Shown one piece after another: positions 27,967 to 36,751 of a stretch of 64,000 bases of DNA. The notes under the pieces were generated by a model. It worked only from the letters and a program-made list of their open reading frames with translations. It had not been told where the DNA came from and did no database searches. This DNA is from Gemmatimonadales bacterium. GTDB lineage: Bacteria > Gemmatimonadota > Gemmatimonadetes > Gemmatimonadales > GWC2-71-9. Location of the stretch: contig JAICUF010000001.1 of assembly GCA_025935995.1 (NCBI GenBank), positions 22,484-86,483 on the forward strand, in the 5' to 3' direction. Numbering within the stretch: position 1 is the stretch's first letter; each line of letters begins with the position of its first letter. Position numbers and translations under genes: made by a program.

Positions 27967-27992
27967 GAAGCAAATTTAAGCTCGGCAACGCC

Positions 27993-29090
27993 TTAGGGCA
28001 AAGCGGCCGCCAGTGCGTCGAGCCGGAGCCAGCCCTCCGGCGTGAGTCGCGTCCGGTCGGAGGTCCGGGCCCAGCCGGCGGCCTCCCACGCGTCGCGAAT
28101 GCCGACGGGTAGGTCGTCCGGCTCGAGTCCGTCAATCGTGCGAAGGCCGAGATAGCGCCGCTCGAGCCGCAGCTGCCCGGCATCGAGGTCTTCCCGGCCG
28201 GCGACGGTCGAAATCCCCGACTCGACGGCGCGCTGCCAGGCCGGCCAGTCGCGGAGGTTCCACTGCCGTCCGGCGCCGAAGCCGCTGTGCGCCGCCGGGC
28301 CGAGGCCGATGAAGGGGGCACGACGCCAGTAGGCGCTGTTGTGACGCGCGCGGCGGCCGGGCCGCGCCGCGTTCGAGACCTCGTAGTGCTCGAGGCCCGC
28401 TGCGGTCATCCGCTCATGCGCGAGCAGGAACTCGCCGGCGTAGGCCTCGTCGTCGGCGGGCCGCACCTCGGCGCGATCGGTCCAGCGGGCCAGCGGGGTC
28501 CGAGGCTCGATCGTGAGACCGTAGAGCGACAGATGCTCCGGAGCGAGGGCGAGCGCGCGCTCGAGGTCGGCGCTCCACTCGCGGCGGAGGGAGCGCGGCA
28601 GGGCGAAGATGAGATCGAGCGAGATGTCGTCGATCCCCGCCGAGCGGAGCGCCGCCACCGCGGGCGATACCTGCGCGGCGGTGTGGGTGCGGTGCATCCA
28701 CTCGAGCACCGTCGGGTCGAATGACTGCACGCCGAGCGAGACGCGATTGACGCCGGCGGCAACCCAGGCGGCGGCCGCCGCCGGCGTGACGTCATCGGGA
28801 TTCGCTTCGAGAGTCGTTTCGGCCGCGGGCGAGACGGCGCGCTCCGCCGCGATGCCGGCGAGGATCGCCGCAACGGCGGCGGGGTCGAGCCGCGACGGCG
28901 TCCCGCCGCCCAGGTAGATCGTCTCGACCGTGGGCGAGTCTTCCCATGCCGGATGCGCCTGCCACCCGCGCCACTCCGCGAGGAGCGCCGCCGCGAAAGA
29001 CGCCGACGGAACCTCGCGGCGCACCGCGATGGCGAAGTCGCAATAGCTGCAGCGGCGCGCGCAGAAGGGAACGTGGATGTAGATGTGCAC
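27993..29090 (-). CDS. hemW: Radical SAM heme chaperone HemW (HemN-like, oxygen-independent coproporphyrinogen oxidase family)
   Basis: 365 aa: IYIHVPFCARRCSYCDF (CxxxCxxC)...YLGGGTPS...NRVSLGVQSF...DLIFALP...HLSLYGLTIE...YEVSN. Confidence 0.88.
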   Translation of the reverse strand: MHIYIHVPFCARRCSYCDFAIAVRREVPSASFAAALLAEWRGWQAHPAWEDSPTVETIYLGGGTPSRLDPAAVAAILAGIAAERAVSPAAETTLEANPDDVTPAAAAAWVAAGVNRVSLGVQSFDPTVLEWMHRTHTAAQVSPAVAALRSAGIDDISLDLIFALPRSLRREWSADLERALALAPEHLSLYGLTIEPRTPLARWTDRAEVRPADDEAYAGEFLLAHERMTAAGLEHYEVSNAARPGRRARHNSAYWRRAPFIGLGPAAHSGFGAGRQWNLRDWPAWQRAVESGISTVAGREDLDAGQLRLERRYLGLRTIDGLEPDDLPVGIRDAWEAAGWARTSDRTRLTPEGWLRLDALAAALP

Positions 29091-29104
29091 CGCTCAAATA
29101 TGCA

Positions 29105-30211
29105 TCAGCGCCGGAAGACCTGACCCGGCTCCTGCCGCACGACGCCGCGCACCTCGAGCGACGACAGCACGGCGAGCAGCGCCGACACCGGCCGGTCGCT
29201 CCGCAGCGCGAGGTCGTCGAGCTGCAGCGCGTCGCCGCCGATGAGGGAGGCGACCGAGCGCTCGTCGTCGCTGAGATCGGCGGGGAGCGGCTCGGTCGAC
29301 GGGTCCGGCACGGCGGCGGGGCGGGCCCGGGCCGGCGGCGCCGAGATCTCGGGGTAGAACGCGAGAAGGTCGTCGGGCTCGAGCAGCGGCGTGGCGCCCT
29401 CGCGGAGGAGCCGGTTGGTCCCGACCGAGACGCGGCTCGTGATGGCACCCGGCACCGCCATGACCTCCCGGCCCTGCTGCAAGGCCGAGTCGACGGTGAT
29501 GAGCGTGCCCGAGCCCGCCGCCGCCTCGATCACGACGGTGACGCGCGCGAGCCCGCTGATGAGCCGGTTCCGCCGGGGAAAGCTGCCGGCGTTCGGGCGC
29601 TCGCCCGGCCCGAACTCGGTGAGGAGAAGCCCGCCGGCCTTCATGCGATCGTAGAGCGCGCGATTGGCCGACGGATAGACGACGCCGAGCCCGTTGCCCA
29701 GCACGCCGGCAGACGCACCGCCGGCGTCGAGCGCGGCTGCGTGGGCGGCGGCGTCGAGGCCGCGCGCCATCCCGCTCACGACCACGAGCCCCGCATCCGC
29801 CGCCCGCGCCGCGACGAGACGGCAGACGGTGGCACCGTACGCCGAATGATCGCGGCTCCCGACGATGGCGACCGCTGGCCGTTCGAGGAGGGACAGGTCG
29901 CCCGCGGTGAAGAGGAGCATCGGCGCCGCGGGAATCTCCCGGAGCGCCGCCGGGAACCGCGCGTCGAAGGTGGTGAGCACCGAGCCCCCCAGCGCCGCCG
30001 TCCGCTCAAGGAGCCGCGCGGCGTCGGCCCGGGACGCGGCACGCACCGCGCTGGCGGTGGCACGGGAAAAACCGGGCAGGGAGCACAAAAACGCGAACGG
30101 CGCCGAGAAGGCGCCGTCCGGAGTGCCGCAGGCATCGAGGAGGGTTCGGAGCCGCGCGGGCCCGATCCCGGGGGCCAGCGCCAGCGCCGTGAACCCGTCG
30201 AGATCATCCAC
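29105..30211 (-). CDS. dprA: DNA-processing protein DprA
   Basis: 368 aa: VAIVGSRDHSAYG...VVVSGMARGLDAAAHAAAL...GASAGVLGNGLGVVYP..N..L...LLTEF.PGERPNAGSFPRRNRLISGL...VVIEAAAGSGTLITV. GTG start. Confidence 0.9.
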   Translation of the reverse strand: MDDLDGFTALALAPGIGPARLRTLLDACGTPDGAFSAPFAFLCSLPGFSRATASAVRAASRADAARLLERTAALGGSVLTTFDARFPAALREIPAAPMLLFTAGDLSLLERPAVAIVGSRDHSAYGATVCRLVAARAADAGLVVVSGMARGLDAAAHAAALDAGGASAGVLGNGLGVVYPSANRALYDRMKAGGLLLTEFGPGERPNAGSFPRRNRLISGLARVTVVIEAAAGSGTLITVDSALQQGREVMAVPGAITSRVSVGTNRLLREGATPLLEPDDLLAFYPEISAPPARARPAAVPDPSTEPLPADLSDDERSVASLIGGDALQLDDLALRSDRPVSALLAVLSSLEVRGVVRQEPGQVFRR

Positions 30212-31259
30212 CGTCGCCCTCGGCGTCGGCCGCCGGCTCCGCGTCGAGCTCCCACGCGGCCGCCGCCTGGTGCGGTCCGCGCGCGGTCTCGACGAACTCC
30301 CACAGGTATTCCTTCAGCTCATCGATTCCCCGGCCGGTGGCGCTCGAGATCGCGATGACGCCGCTCGAATCCGGCGCGGTGAGCGACGGCAGCGGCGCGT
30401 CGGCCTCCAGCAGGTCACGCTTGGTGAGGATCACGACGTGTGCGCGCGCGTGAAGCGCCCCGCTGTAGGCGCCGACCTCCGCGCGGAGCGAGTCGTAGAC
30501 CGTCTGCGGATCCGGGGCGTCCAGCGGAACGAGGAACGCCAGCACGCGCGTGCGCTCGACGTGCTGCAGGAACCGGAGTCCCAGTCCCTTTCCCTCGTGG
30601 GCGCCCGCGATGATCCCGGGAATGTCGGCGACGACGAACGAGCGGTGGCCGCTCAGCCCGACGACACCCAGGTTCGGCTCGAGCGTGGTGAAGGGATAGT
30701 CGGCGATCCGTGGCCTGGCGGCGGAGATGACGCTGAGGAGCGTGCTCTTGCCGGCGTTGGGTTCGCCCACGAGGCCGACGTCGGCCAGGAGCCGCAGCAC
30801 CAGCTCGATCTGCCGGTCCTCCCCTTCCTCACCCGGCTCCCATTCGCGCGGCGCCTGATGCGTGGGAGACGTGAACCGCAGGTTGCCCCGGCCGCCCCGG
30901 CCGCCGCGCGCGACGCGGATGGTGTCGCCCGGCTTCAGCACCTCGCCGACGGGCTCGCCGGTCGCGGCATCGTAGATGGTGGTGCCGGGCGGCACGGGCA
31001 GGTAGACGTCGTCGCTCGAGCGGCCGGTCATGTTCTTGCCCTTGCCATGCTCGGCGCGCTCCGCCTTCCAGACGGTACGATAGCGGTAGTCGAGGAGGGT
31101 GGTGAGGTTGTCATCGGCCCGCACGAAGATGCTTCCGCCCCGACCGCCGTCGCCGCCGTCGGGACCGCCCTTGGGCTTGTGCTTGAAGCGCGCGAAGGAG
31201 CAGGCTCCGGACCCGCCGGTGCCTGCCACCACGCGCACCACCGCGCGATCGATGAACAT
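30204..31259 (-). CDS. obg: GTPase Obg/CgtA
   Basis: ORF trimmed to ATG 31257-31259. Sequence MFIDRAVVRVVAGTGGSGACSFARFKHKPKGGPDGGDGGRGGSIF...VARGGRGGRGN...ADVGLVGEPNAGKSTLL...YPFTTL.PNLGVV...ADIPG. Confidence 0.95.
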   Translation of the reverse strand: MFIDRAVVRVVAGTGGSGACSFARFKHKPKGGPDGGDGGRGGSIFVRADDNLTTLLDYRYRTVWKAERAEHGKGKNMTGRSSDDVYLPVPPGTTIYDAATGEPVGEVLKPGDTIRVARGGRGGRGNLRFTSPTHQAPREWEPGEEGEDRQIELVLRLLADVGLVGEPNAGKSTLLSVISAARPRIADYPFTTLEPNLGVVGLSGHRSFVVADIPGIIAGAHEGKGLGLRFLQHVERTRVLAFLVPLDAPDPQTVYDSLRAEVGAYSGALHARAHVVILTKRDLLEADAPLPSLTAPDSSGVIAISSATGRGIDELKEYLWEFVETARGPHQAAAAWELDAEPAADAEGDGG

Positions 31260-31903
31260 CAGCCGTTCGGTCCCCAGCCCTCCCGCACGCTGCGCCAGAG
31301 CTCCTTGACCTTCTTCCACTGGTCGAACGACAGGAGCGGGTTGACCACCGAGAGCACGCCTTCGATCTGGCCGAAGCTCGCGCCGGCATGCAGCGAGCCG
31401 CGGAGATGCGAATGCAGCTGGCGCGGCGCCTCGAGGACGGCGGTCTGCGCCACGGTGCAGAGCTCGCGGCGCATGAGGTCCAGCCCGGGGCGCGCGAGCG
31501 TGCGGCCGTACCCCTCGGTGATCATCCATCCGTCGATGGCTGGGTGGAGCTCGCGGGTGTTGTCGCGGAGCTTGCGGTAGTTGTCGCCATAGACCAGCCG
31601 GCAGGTCTCCTCGCCGCGCCGGGACCATTCCGGCCAGCGCTCGTAGTTCGTATCCTCGTCCTCCCGGGGCGCGGGGACCCCGGAAAACTTCCGCCAGGCG
31701 CCGAAGGCGATCAGGGCACGCGGATATCCCACCATGAGGATCGACTGGAGGAGCAGCTCCTCGACCCACTCGACCGGCACCTGCGAGCTCCGGAGCGGCG
31801 ACACGCGCTCCCGCAGCTCCGGCTCGTATCCCTGGGCGATCGCCGCGGCGAAGCGGACGAGATCGCGTGTCTGCGGATCGAGACTGTCCTGTCGTGCCAT
31901 CAC
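31259..31903 (-). CDS. Carboxymuconolactone decarboxylase (AhpD-like) family protein
   Basis: 214 aa. Two CMD-like helical repeats (TRDLVRFAAAIAQG..., RRELCTVAQTAVLEAPRQLHSHLRGSLHAGASFGQIEGVL). No CxxC motif. Family-level call only. Confidence 0.55.
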   Translation of the reverse strand: MMARQDSLDPQTRDLVRFAAAIAQGYEPELRERVSPLRSSQVPVEWVEELLLQSILMVGYPRALIAFGAWRKFSGVPAPREDEDTNYERWPEWSRRGEETCRLVYGDNYRKLRDNTRELHPAIDGWMITEGYGRTLARPGLDLMRRELCTVAQTAVLEAPRQLHSHLRGSLHAGASFGQIEGVLSVVNPLLSFDQWKKVKELWRSVREGWGPNG

Positions 31904-31948
31904 GTTACCTCGGAGAAGTCGTTCCGCCGCATCGTTTCACCGCCGCGG

Positions 31949-32950
31949 CTACCGAAACTGCAGCGCGCCGGCGGACCGGAGCACGCCCGTCACCTCGCCG
32001 CGCGTGTTGCGAACGGGTGCGGGATCGAACGAGGCGACCGTCGCCAGGCGGTCGAGCGCCGGGCGATCGAAGCGCTCGAGGAGCCGCGTCAGCATACCCA
32101 CGAGCGCCGCGTTCGCCGCCCGCGTCTCCCCGCTCTCCACCTTGAGCGTGAGGCCGAGGCCGAGCGCCGGCAGCGCCGCGCTGTAGACCCCCTCCGCGCC
32201 GATCTTGGCGATCGCGCCGGCCGGTGCCGATTCCATGAGGACGGTGCAAAGGCGTCCCGTGCCGGCGATGAGGAACGGATGCGCCGCCATCGCGTCCCGG
32301 AGGCGCCGCGCCGCCGGGTCCGTGCTCACGCCGAACCGGGCCCACGCGAGCGCCATCGCCGAAAGCGGCAAGGCGAAGCAGACGGTAGTGCAGCCGTCGA
32401 CCCCCGTGGCGATGGCCTGCCGCGCGACGCCGGTCCAGGCGGCGACTGCGTCGAGGATCCGCTCCTGCACCGGATGGCCCGCGCGCTCGTAGCCGGCGAG
32501 CGGCCACCCGTGCGTCCGTGCGAGCCCGAGCATGCCGGCGTGCTTGCCGGAGCAGTTGCTCCAGAGTGGCGTGAGCGTCGTGTCTTCGCGGGCCACCTGT
32601 GCGGCGACCGCGGCGCCGAGCGGCACGTGCGGTCCGCAGGCGAGATCGGACTCCGCCACGCCCAGCCGCTCGAGGAATCGGCGGGCGACCTCGCGGTGCG
32701 CCGGCTCGCTCGAGTGGGAGGCGCAGGCCAGCGCCAGCTCCTCGTCGCCGAGTCCGAAGCGGTCGGCGCCGCCGTCGGCGACCAGCGGCATCGCCTGGAA
32801 CGGCTTCGCGGCGGAGCGCCAGAACGTCACGAGCTCCGGTTCCCCTGCGCTCGCGACGATCCCGCCATCGGCATCGACCACGGCGGCCGACACCCGGAAG
32901 GTCGACTCGGTCAGCTCGCCGCGCGTGAGCTCGATGCGGAAGTCGTTCAT
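31949..32950 (-). CDS. Asparaginase II (Rhizobium AnsA-type) family protein
   Basis: 333 aa: FWRSAAKPFQA.P......LALACASHSSEP.H......L.CGPH....SNCSGKHAGMLGLAR...GVDGCT....IAKIGAEGV. Confidence 0.7.
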   Translation of the reverse strand: MNDFRIELTRGELTESTFRVSAAVVDADGGIVASAGEPELVTFWRSAAKPFQAMPLVADGGADRFGLGDEELALACASHSSEPAHREVARRFLERLGVAESDLACGPHVPLGAAVAAQVAREDTTLTPLWSNCSGKHAGMLGLARTHGWPLAGYERAGHPVQERILDAVAAWTGVARQAIATGVDGCTTVCFALPLSAMALAWARFGVSTDPAARRLRDAMAAHPFLIAGTGRLCTVLMESAPAGAIAKIGAEGVYSAALPALGLGLTLKVESGETRAANAALVGMLTRLLERFDRPALDRLATVASFDPAPVRNTRGEVTGVLRSAGALQFR

Positions 32951-33031
32951 CGCCCCGGAAGATAAGGCCGGCCCGCACAGTTCTCACCTTCAGCTTCTCG
33001 GCCCCGGCGGCGACCGTTACCTTTCCCGCCC

Positions 33032-34552
33032 ATGCCCTTCCGCATCTCGGCGCTGGTGACCGGAGCGCTCCTGGCCGGCGCGGCGCCGCGGCTGCTCGCG
33101 CAGGCGACCCCGTACGTTCCGCTGGACGACCCCCGTCTCCCGATCTTCGAGCACCTCGTCACCCGCGGCGACGTCGCCGATCCCTCGCCGTTCGTCCGCC
33201 CGTTTCTTCGAGCCGATGCCGTGCGCGCCCTCGCCGCCGCCGACACCGCGCCGGCGACGCCAAGCGGGCGGCTGGTGCATGAGCTCCGGCGCGCGTGGGC
33301 GGCACCGGACACCCTGAGCTGGTACGACGTGGGCGTGCGGGCCGGCGCGCAGGCGTACAGCCACGCGCGGCGCGATCCGCTGCATCCGGCGGGAAAGCGC
33401 GGCGCGAGTCCCTACGGCGAGGCGACGCTCGCGGCCGGCTTCGGCCCGATCGTGCTGGTCTCGCGGCCGGCGATCGAGCCCCGCCTCTCGCGCGACGCCG
33501 ACTGGACCGGGCGGCAGGGGCTCGACGTGACGGCACGGCTCGTCGAGGGATACGCGAGCGTGCAGACGCGGTTCGCGCGGATCAGCTACGGCCAGCTCGA
33601 TCGGAACTGGGGGCCGGTCGGCCTGCCGGGCATTCCGCTCAGCAACATCGGCTACGAGCGCGAAGGCCTCGCGCTCGACCTCGGATCGCGCACCGTGCGG
33701 CTCACCGCCCTCGCCACCGACCTGCACGACGCGCCCGACACCACCGGCGCCATCGCGCACCGGTACTACTTCGTGCACCGTCTGGGCGTCCGCCTCACGC
33801 ACCGCTTCGAGGCCGGACTCTGGGAGAGCATCGTCGTGGCGGGCGTCGGCCGGAACTTCGAGAACCGCTACCGGAATCCGGTCTCCCTCGGCTACCTCAC
33901 GAACACGATCGGTCTCGGCGCCGAAGGCAACAACGAGATGCTCGGCGTCGACCTGCACTGGCGCGCCATCGGGCGCACGCTGCTGGAGGCGCAGCTCGCG
34001 CTCGACGACTACTACTATCAGCGGCGCTACGAGAACCGCGATCGCTACGCGTTCACGCTCGCGGCCTCCGGACCGGCGGGAAGCCGCGCCGCCTGGCGCG
34101 CGTTCTACTCGCAGGTGTCGAGCCTCGCGCTCCGCACGTTCAACCCGACCGAGAATTTCACCGATGGGGGCGTGGGACTCGGCCGGAACTACAGCGACAA
34201 CGACCAGCTCACGCTGACCGTGAGCCTCCCCGCGGGCGTCCACTGGCTGCTCACGCCGGAGCTCACGCTCCTCCGCCAGGGTGAGGGCGCGATCGACGCG
34301 CCGTACCCGGTGTTCGGCTCGGCGGAGCTTCAGTCGACGCCCACGCTGTTCATCGGCACGGTCGAGCGCACCTGGCGCGCGGCGATCGGCATCACGGGCC
34401 GGCAGGGGCCCGTGGATCTGACGGCGAACGCCGGCTTCCATCACGTGGTGAACGCGGGGCACGAGGCGGGGCAGTCGCTCAACCGCTTCGAGGGCCGGCT
34501 CCAGCTCACGATCGGCATCTCCCGCCGCGGCGCGCTCGGCGTGGGGGACTGA
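33032..34552 (+). CDS. Secreted beta-barrel outer-membrane protein, Wzi (capsule assembly)-like, paralog 1
   Basis: 506 aa. Signal peptide MPFRISALVTGALLAGAAPRLLAQA. The rest has alternating beta-strand character and an 'RNWGP' motif reminiscent of Wzi-family barrels. Family assignment is from memory of motifs only. Confidence 0.5.
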   Translation: MPFRISALVTGALLAGAAPRLLAQATPYVPLDDPRLPIFEHLVTRGDVADPSPFVRPFLRADAVRALAAADTAPATPSGRLVHELRRAWAAPDTLSWYDVGVRAGAQAYSHARRDPLHPAGKRGASPYGEATLAAGFGPIVLVSRPAIEPRLSRDADWTGRQGLDVTARLVEGYASVQTRFARISYGQLDRNWGPVGLPGIPLSNIGYEREGLALDLGSRTVRLTALATDLHDAPDTTGAIAHRYYFVHRLGVRLTHRFEAGLWESIVVAGVGRNFENRYRNPVSLGYLTNTIGLGAEGNNEMLGVDLHWRAIGRTLLEAQLALDDYYYQRRYENRDRYAFTLAASGPAGSRAAWRAFYSQVSSLALRTFNPTENFTDGGVGLGRNYSDNDQLTLTVSLPAGVHWLLTPELTLLRQGEGAIDAPYPVFGSAELQSTPTLFIGTVERTWRAAIGITGRQGPVDLTANAGFHHVVNAGHEAGQSLNRFEGRLQLTIGISRRGALGVGD

Positions 34553-36093
34553 TGCGCTGCGCCCGGCCCGCGGCGGCGGCCGCGCTGATGCTCATCGCGG
34601 CGGCGCCCGCGCGCGTGACGGCCCAGGAGCGCGATGCCACCCGCCCCCCCTCGCCGTTCGTCTCGCTCGACGATCCGGAGCTGCCCCTCTTCGAGCATCT
34701 GGTGGCGCGCGGGGACGTGGACGATCCGTCGCCGTTCGTGCGGCCCTTCCGGCGCAGTGACGCCGTCCGCGTGCTCGCCACGGCCGACTCCGCCCATCCG
34801 GGCAACCCCGCGATCGCGCACCTGCTCGGCTACTTCGCCGATCCGGCGGAACGGCAATGGTGGCGCGCCGGTGTTCAGGCAGGCGGCGAGGCCTACACGC
34901 ACGCCCGCCGGGATCCGCTGCGTCCCGCGGGCGCGGGCGACGTGACGGCGTACGGGGAGATCCGGCTCGAGGCGGCGGCGGGACCAGTCGTGGCCGTGAG
35001 CCGGCTCCTCGATCAGCCACGCATCCAGCGCGATCCGGACTGGACCGGCATCCAGCGCGGCGTGCCCAACATCCTCTGCTGCGGCTGGCGGTACCCCGAC
35101 GCCTACCTCGACCTCGTGCTCGGCCCGGCCAGCGTCTTCTACGGCCAGACGGCGCGCAACTGGGGACCATGGGGGATTCCGGGCATCGGCGTGAGCGACG
35201 AAGGCTACCCGCGACCTGAATTCAGCTTCGCGCTTCGCACCCGCGATCTCGGCCTTCAGGCGATCGCGAGCCAGCTGGAGGACCAGGAGGATAGCACCGG
35301 CGCGCTGGTGCACCGCTACTTCTTCGCGCACCGCCTGGACGTGCGCGCCACCCGACGCCTTCAGTTCGGGCTCTGGGAGACGACGGTGATCGCGGGCCAC
35401 GAGCGCGACTTCGATGCGCGCTACCGGAACCCGCTCACCCTTGGTGTTCTCGCGAACCTCTACGGGTTTGCCGATCGGGGAAACATGCTGGTGGGACTCG
35501 ATGCGCGGTGGCGCGCAGCACAGGCACTCGCGGTCGAGCTGCAGGTTGCGCTGGACGACATCGCGAACCGGTCGAGCGCCGAAGGCCATCCGAGCCGGTA
35601 CGCGTTCACCGCCGGGCTCACCGGGGCGCTGGGCCCGCGCGCGGGGTGGCGCGCGCACTACACGCAGGCCTCGAGTCTCGCCTTCCGCACGTTCAATCCG
35701 CAGGAGAACCTGACCGACGCGGGCGTGGGACTGGGCCGGAACGCCGACGACTACGACCAAGTGACGGCGATGCTCACGCTGCCGGTTCGCGGGCGGTGGC
35801 TCCTGAGCCCGGAGCTGACGCTGCTGCGCCAGGGGGAGGGGCGGATCGATGATCCCTATCCCGGAACCCGCGCCGCCCGCCTCGCGACGCCCGCGCTCTT
35901 CATCGGAACCGTGGAGCGGACCTGGCGGGTCGCGCTCGGCCTCAGCGGCCGCGAGGGGCCGCTCCGGATCTCCGCGAGCGGGGGGTATCACCACGTGATG
36001 AATGCGGAGAACCAGGCGGGAGTGCGCGACGACCGCTTCGAGGGACGCGTGCTCGTCACGCTCGGCGCGGAACGATCGGGAGCACTGCGGTAG
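34552..36093 (+). CDS. Secreted beta-barrel outer-membrane protein, Wzi-like, paralog 2 (tandem duplicate)
   Basis: 513 aa. Signal peptide MRCARPAAAAALMLIAAAPARVTAQ. Collinear with paralog 1, for example LDDPELPLFEHLVARGDVDDPSPFVRPF, HRYFFAHRL, TPELTLLRQGEG, LFIGTVERTWR. The start overlaps the paralog-1 stop by 1 nt (TGATG). Confidence 0.5.
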   Translation: MRCARPAAAAALMLIAAAPARVTAQERDATRPPSPFVSLDDPELPLFEHLVARGDVDDPSPFVRPFRRSDAVRVLATADSAHPGNPAIAHLLGYFADPAERQWWRAGVQAGGEAYTHARRDPLRPAGAGDVTAYGEIRLEAAAGPVVAVSRLLDQPRIQRDPDWTGIQRGVPNILCCGWRYPDAYLDLVLGPASVFYGQTARNWGPWGIPGIGVSDEGYPRPEFSFALRTRDLGLQAIASQLEDQEDSTGALVHRYFFAHRLDVRATRRLQFGLWETTVIAGHERDFDARYRNPLTLGVLANLYGFADRGNMLVGLDARWRAAQALAVELQVALDDIANRSSAEGHPSRYAFTAGLTGALGPRAGWRAHYTQASSLAFRTFNPQENLTDAGVGLGRNADDYDQVTAMLTLPVRGRWLLSPELTLLRQGEGRIDDPYPGTRAARLATPALFIGTVERTWRVALGLSGREGPLRISASGGYHHVMNAENQAGVRDDRFEGRVLVTLGAERSGALR

Positions 36094-36100
36094 CGCGGCC

Positions 36101-36129
36101 TTGTCCCGCGACGATGCCTCGCTTAAAAT
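36101..36129 (+). promoter_or_regulatory. Candidate sigma70-type promoter for tRNA-Val (TTGTCC-N17-TAAAAT)
   Basis: -35 TTGTCC at 36101-36106, a 17-nt spacer, and -10 TAAAAT at 36124-36129. This A/T hexamer is conspicuous in a GC-rich background. tRNA position 1 lies 17 nt downstream. Confidence 0.4.
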
Positions 36130-36145
36130 CCCGCTCCCGGCAATC

Positions 36146-36219
36146 GGGCGATTAGCTCAGCTGGTTAGAGCGCGCGCCTCACATGCGCGAGGTCGGGGGT
36201 TCGATCCCCTCATCGCCCA
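36146..36219 (+). tRNA. tRNA-Val (anticodon CAC)
   Basis: Hand-folded cloverleaf: GGGCGAT TA GCTC AGCTGGTTA GAGC G CGCGC CTCACAT GCGCG AGGTC GGGGG TTCGATC CCCTC ATCGCCC A. All four stems pair. CCA is not encoded. Confidence 0.92.
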
Positions 36220-36234
36220 TCGAGCTGAACTGAA

Positions 36235-36260
36235 GCCCCGCACGCACGTGCGGGGCTTTG
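36235..36260. terminator. Intrinsic terminator hairpin after tRNA-Val (possibly bidirectional)
   Basis: GCCCCGCAC-GCAC-GTGCGGGGC is a perfect 9-bp stem, followed by TTTG on the plus strand. It also abuts the stop of the convergent receiver gene at 36261. Confidence 0.65.
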
Positions 36261-36686
36261 TCATGCCGCCCCGCTGAGGCTGGCGGCCGCGGGCCTCAGG
36301 GGCGCATCCGGCTGCGAGCTCGTCAGGGTGCGCACGCAGTCGATGAGCTCCGCCGCCGTGAACGGCTCGGTCAGGGTGGGGATGTCCGAGGGAAGCCCCG
36401 CGTGGCGGTGGGTGTCGATATGCAGGATCGACAACGCGGGATGCCGTGCGCGAACACCGGCGATCAGCGCGACGCTGTTCAGTCCGTCAACGTGCGTGTT
36501 CAGAATCAGGAGCGTGATGTCGGGCAGCTGGGCACAGAGCTCGACCGCGGCCTGGCCATCGTAGGCCTGGAATACCCGGTAGCCTTCCATCCGGAGCACC
36601 CCGGAGACCGAGACGAGGATCGGATTCGAGTCGAGCACGATGATGCGCGCCCCGTTGGGGAGCGCCGCAGAACTCCGGGAAGACAC
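36261..36686 (-). CDS. Stand-alone degenerate (pseudo-)receiver domain protein
   Basis: C-terminal 141 aa of ORF 36261..37616, taken from in-frame GTG 36684-36686. CheY-like fold pattern ARIIVLDSNPIL...ITLLILNTHVDGLN...SILHIDTH...LTEPFTAAEL. The acceptor Asp position reads Asn and the conserved Lys reads Glu. The start codon is uncertain. Confidence 0.65.
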   Translation of the reverse strand: MSSRSSAALPNGARIIVLDSNPILVSVSGVLRMEGYRVFQAYDGQAAVELCAQLPDITLLILNTHVDGLNSVALIAGVRARHPALSILHIDTHRHAGLPSDIPTLTEPFTAAELIDCVRTLTSSQPDAPLRPAAASLSGAA

Positions 36687-36751
36687 GTTGGACCTTGGAT
36701 CCGGCGGGGGACAGCCGGAAGTGGCAATGTAGCGGGACCGCGGAAGGCGAA

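Noticed and set aside
27967-27992. A CIRCE operator (TTAGCACTC-N9-GAGTGCTAA) upstream of hrcA.
   Set aside because: The 26-bp gap (aagcaaatttaagctcggcaacgcct...) does not contain it, and I did not see it near hemW or dprA either. I treat it as absent from this window.
26933-28321. Long N-terminal extensions in the ORF track. Examples: dnaJ ORF 25817..28321, folD 673..2088, pta 15465..17045, coaD 16412..17575, obg 30204..31769, DegT 51729..53684, the AsnB ORFs and GT4 59264..61012.
   Set aside because: The extensions are Arg/Pro-rich nonsense overlapping the upstream gene. In every case the recognisable protein begins at an internal ATG or GTG that forms a 4-nt or 1-nt overlap with the upstream stop codon.
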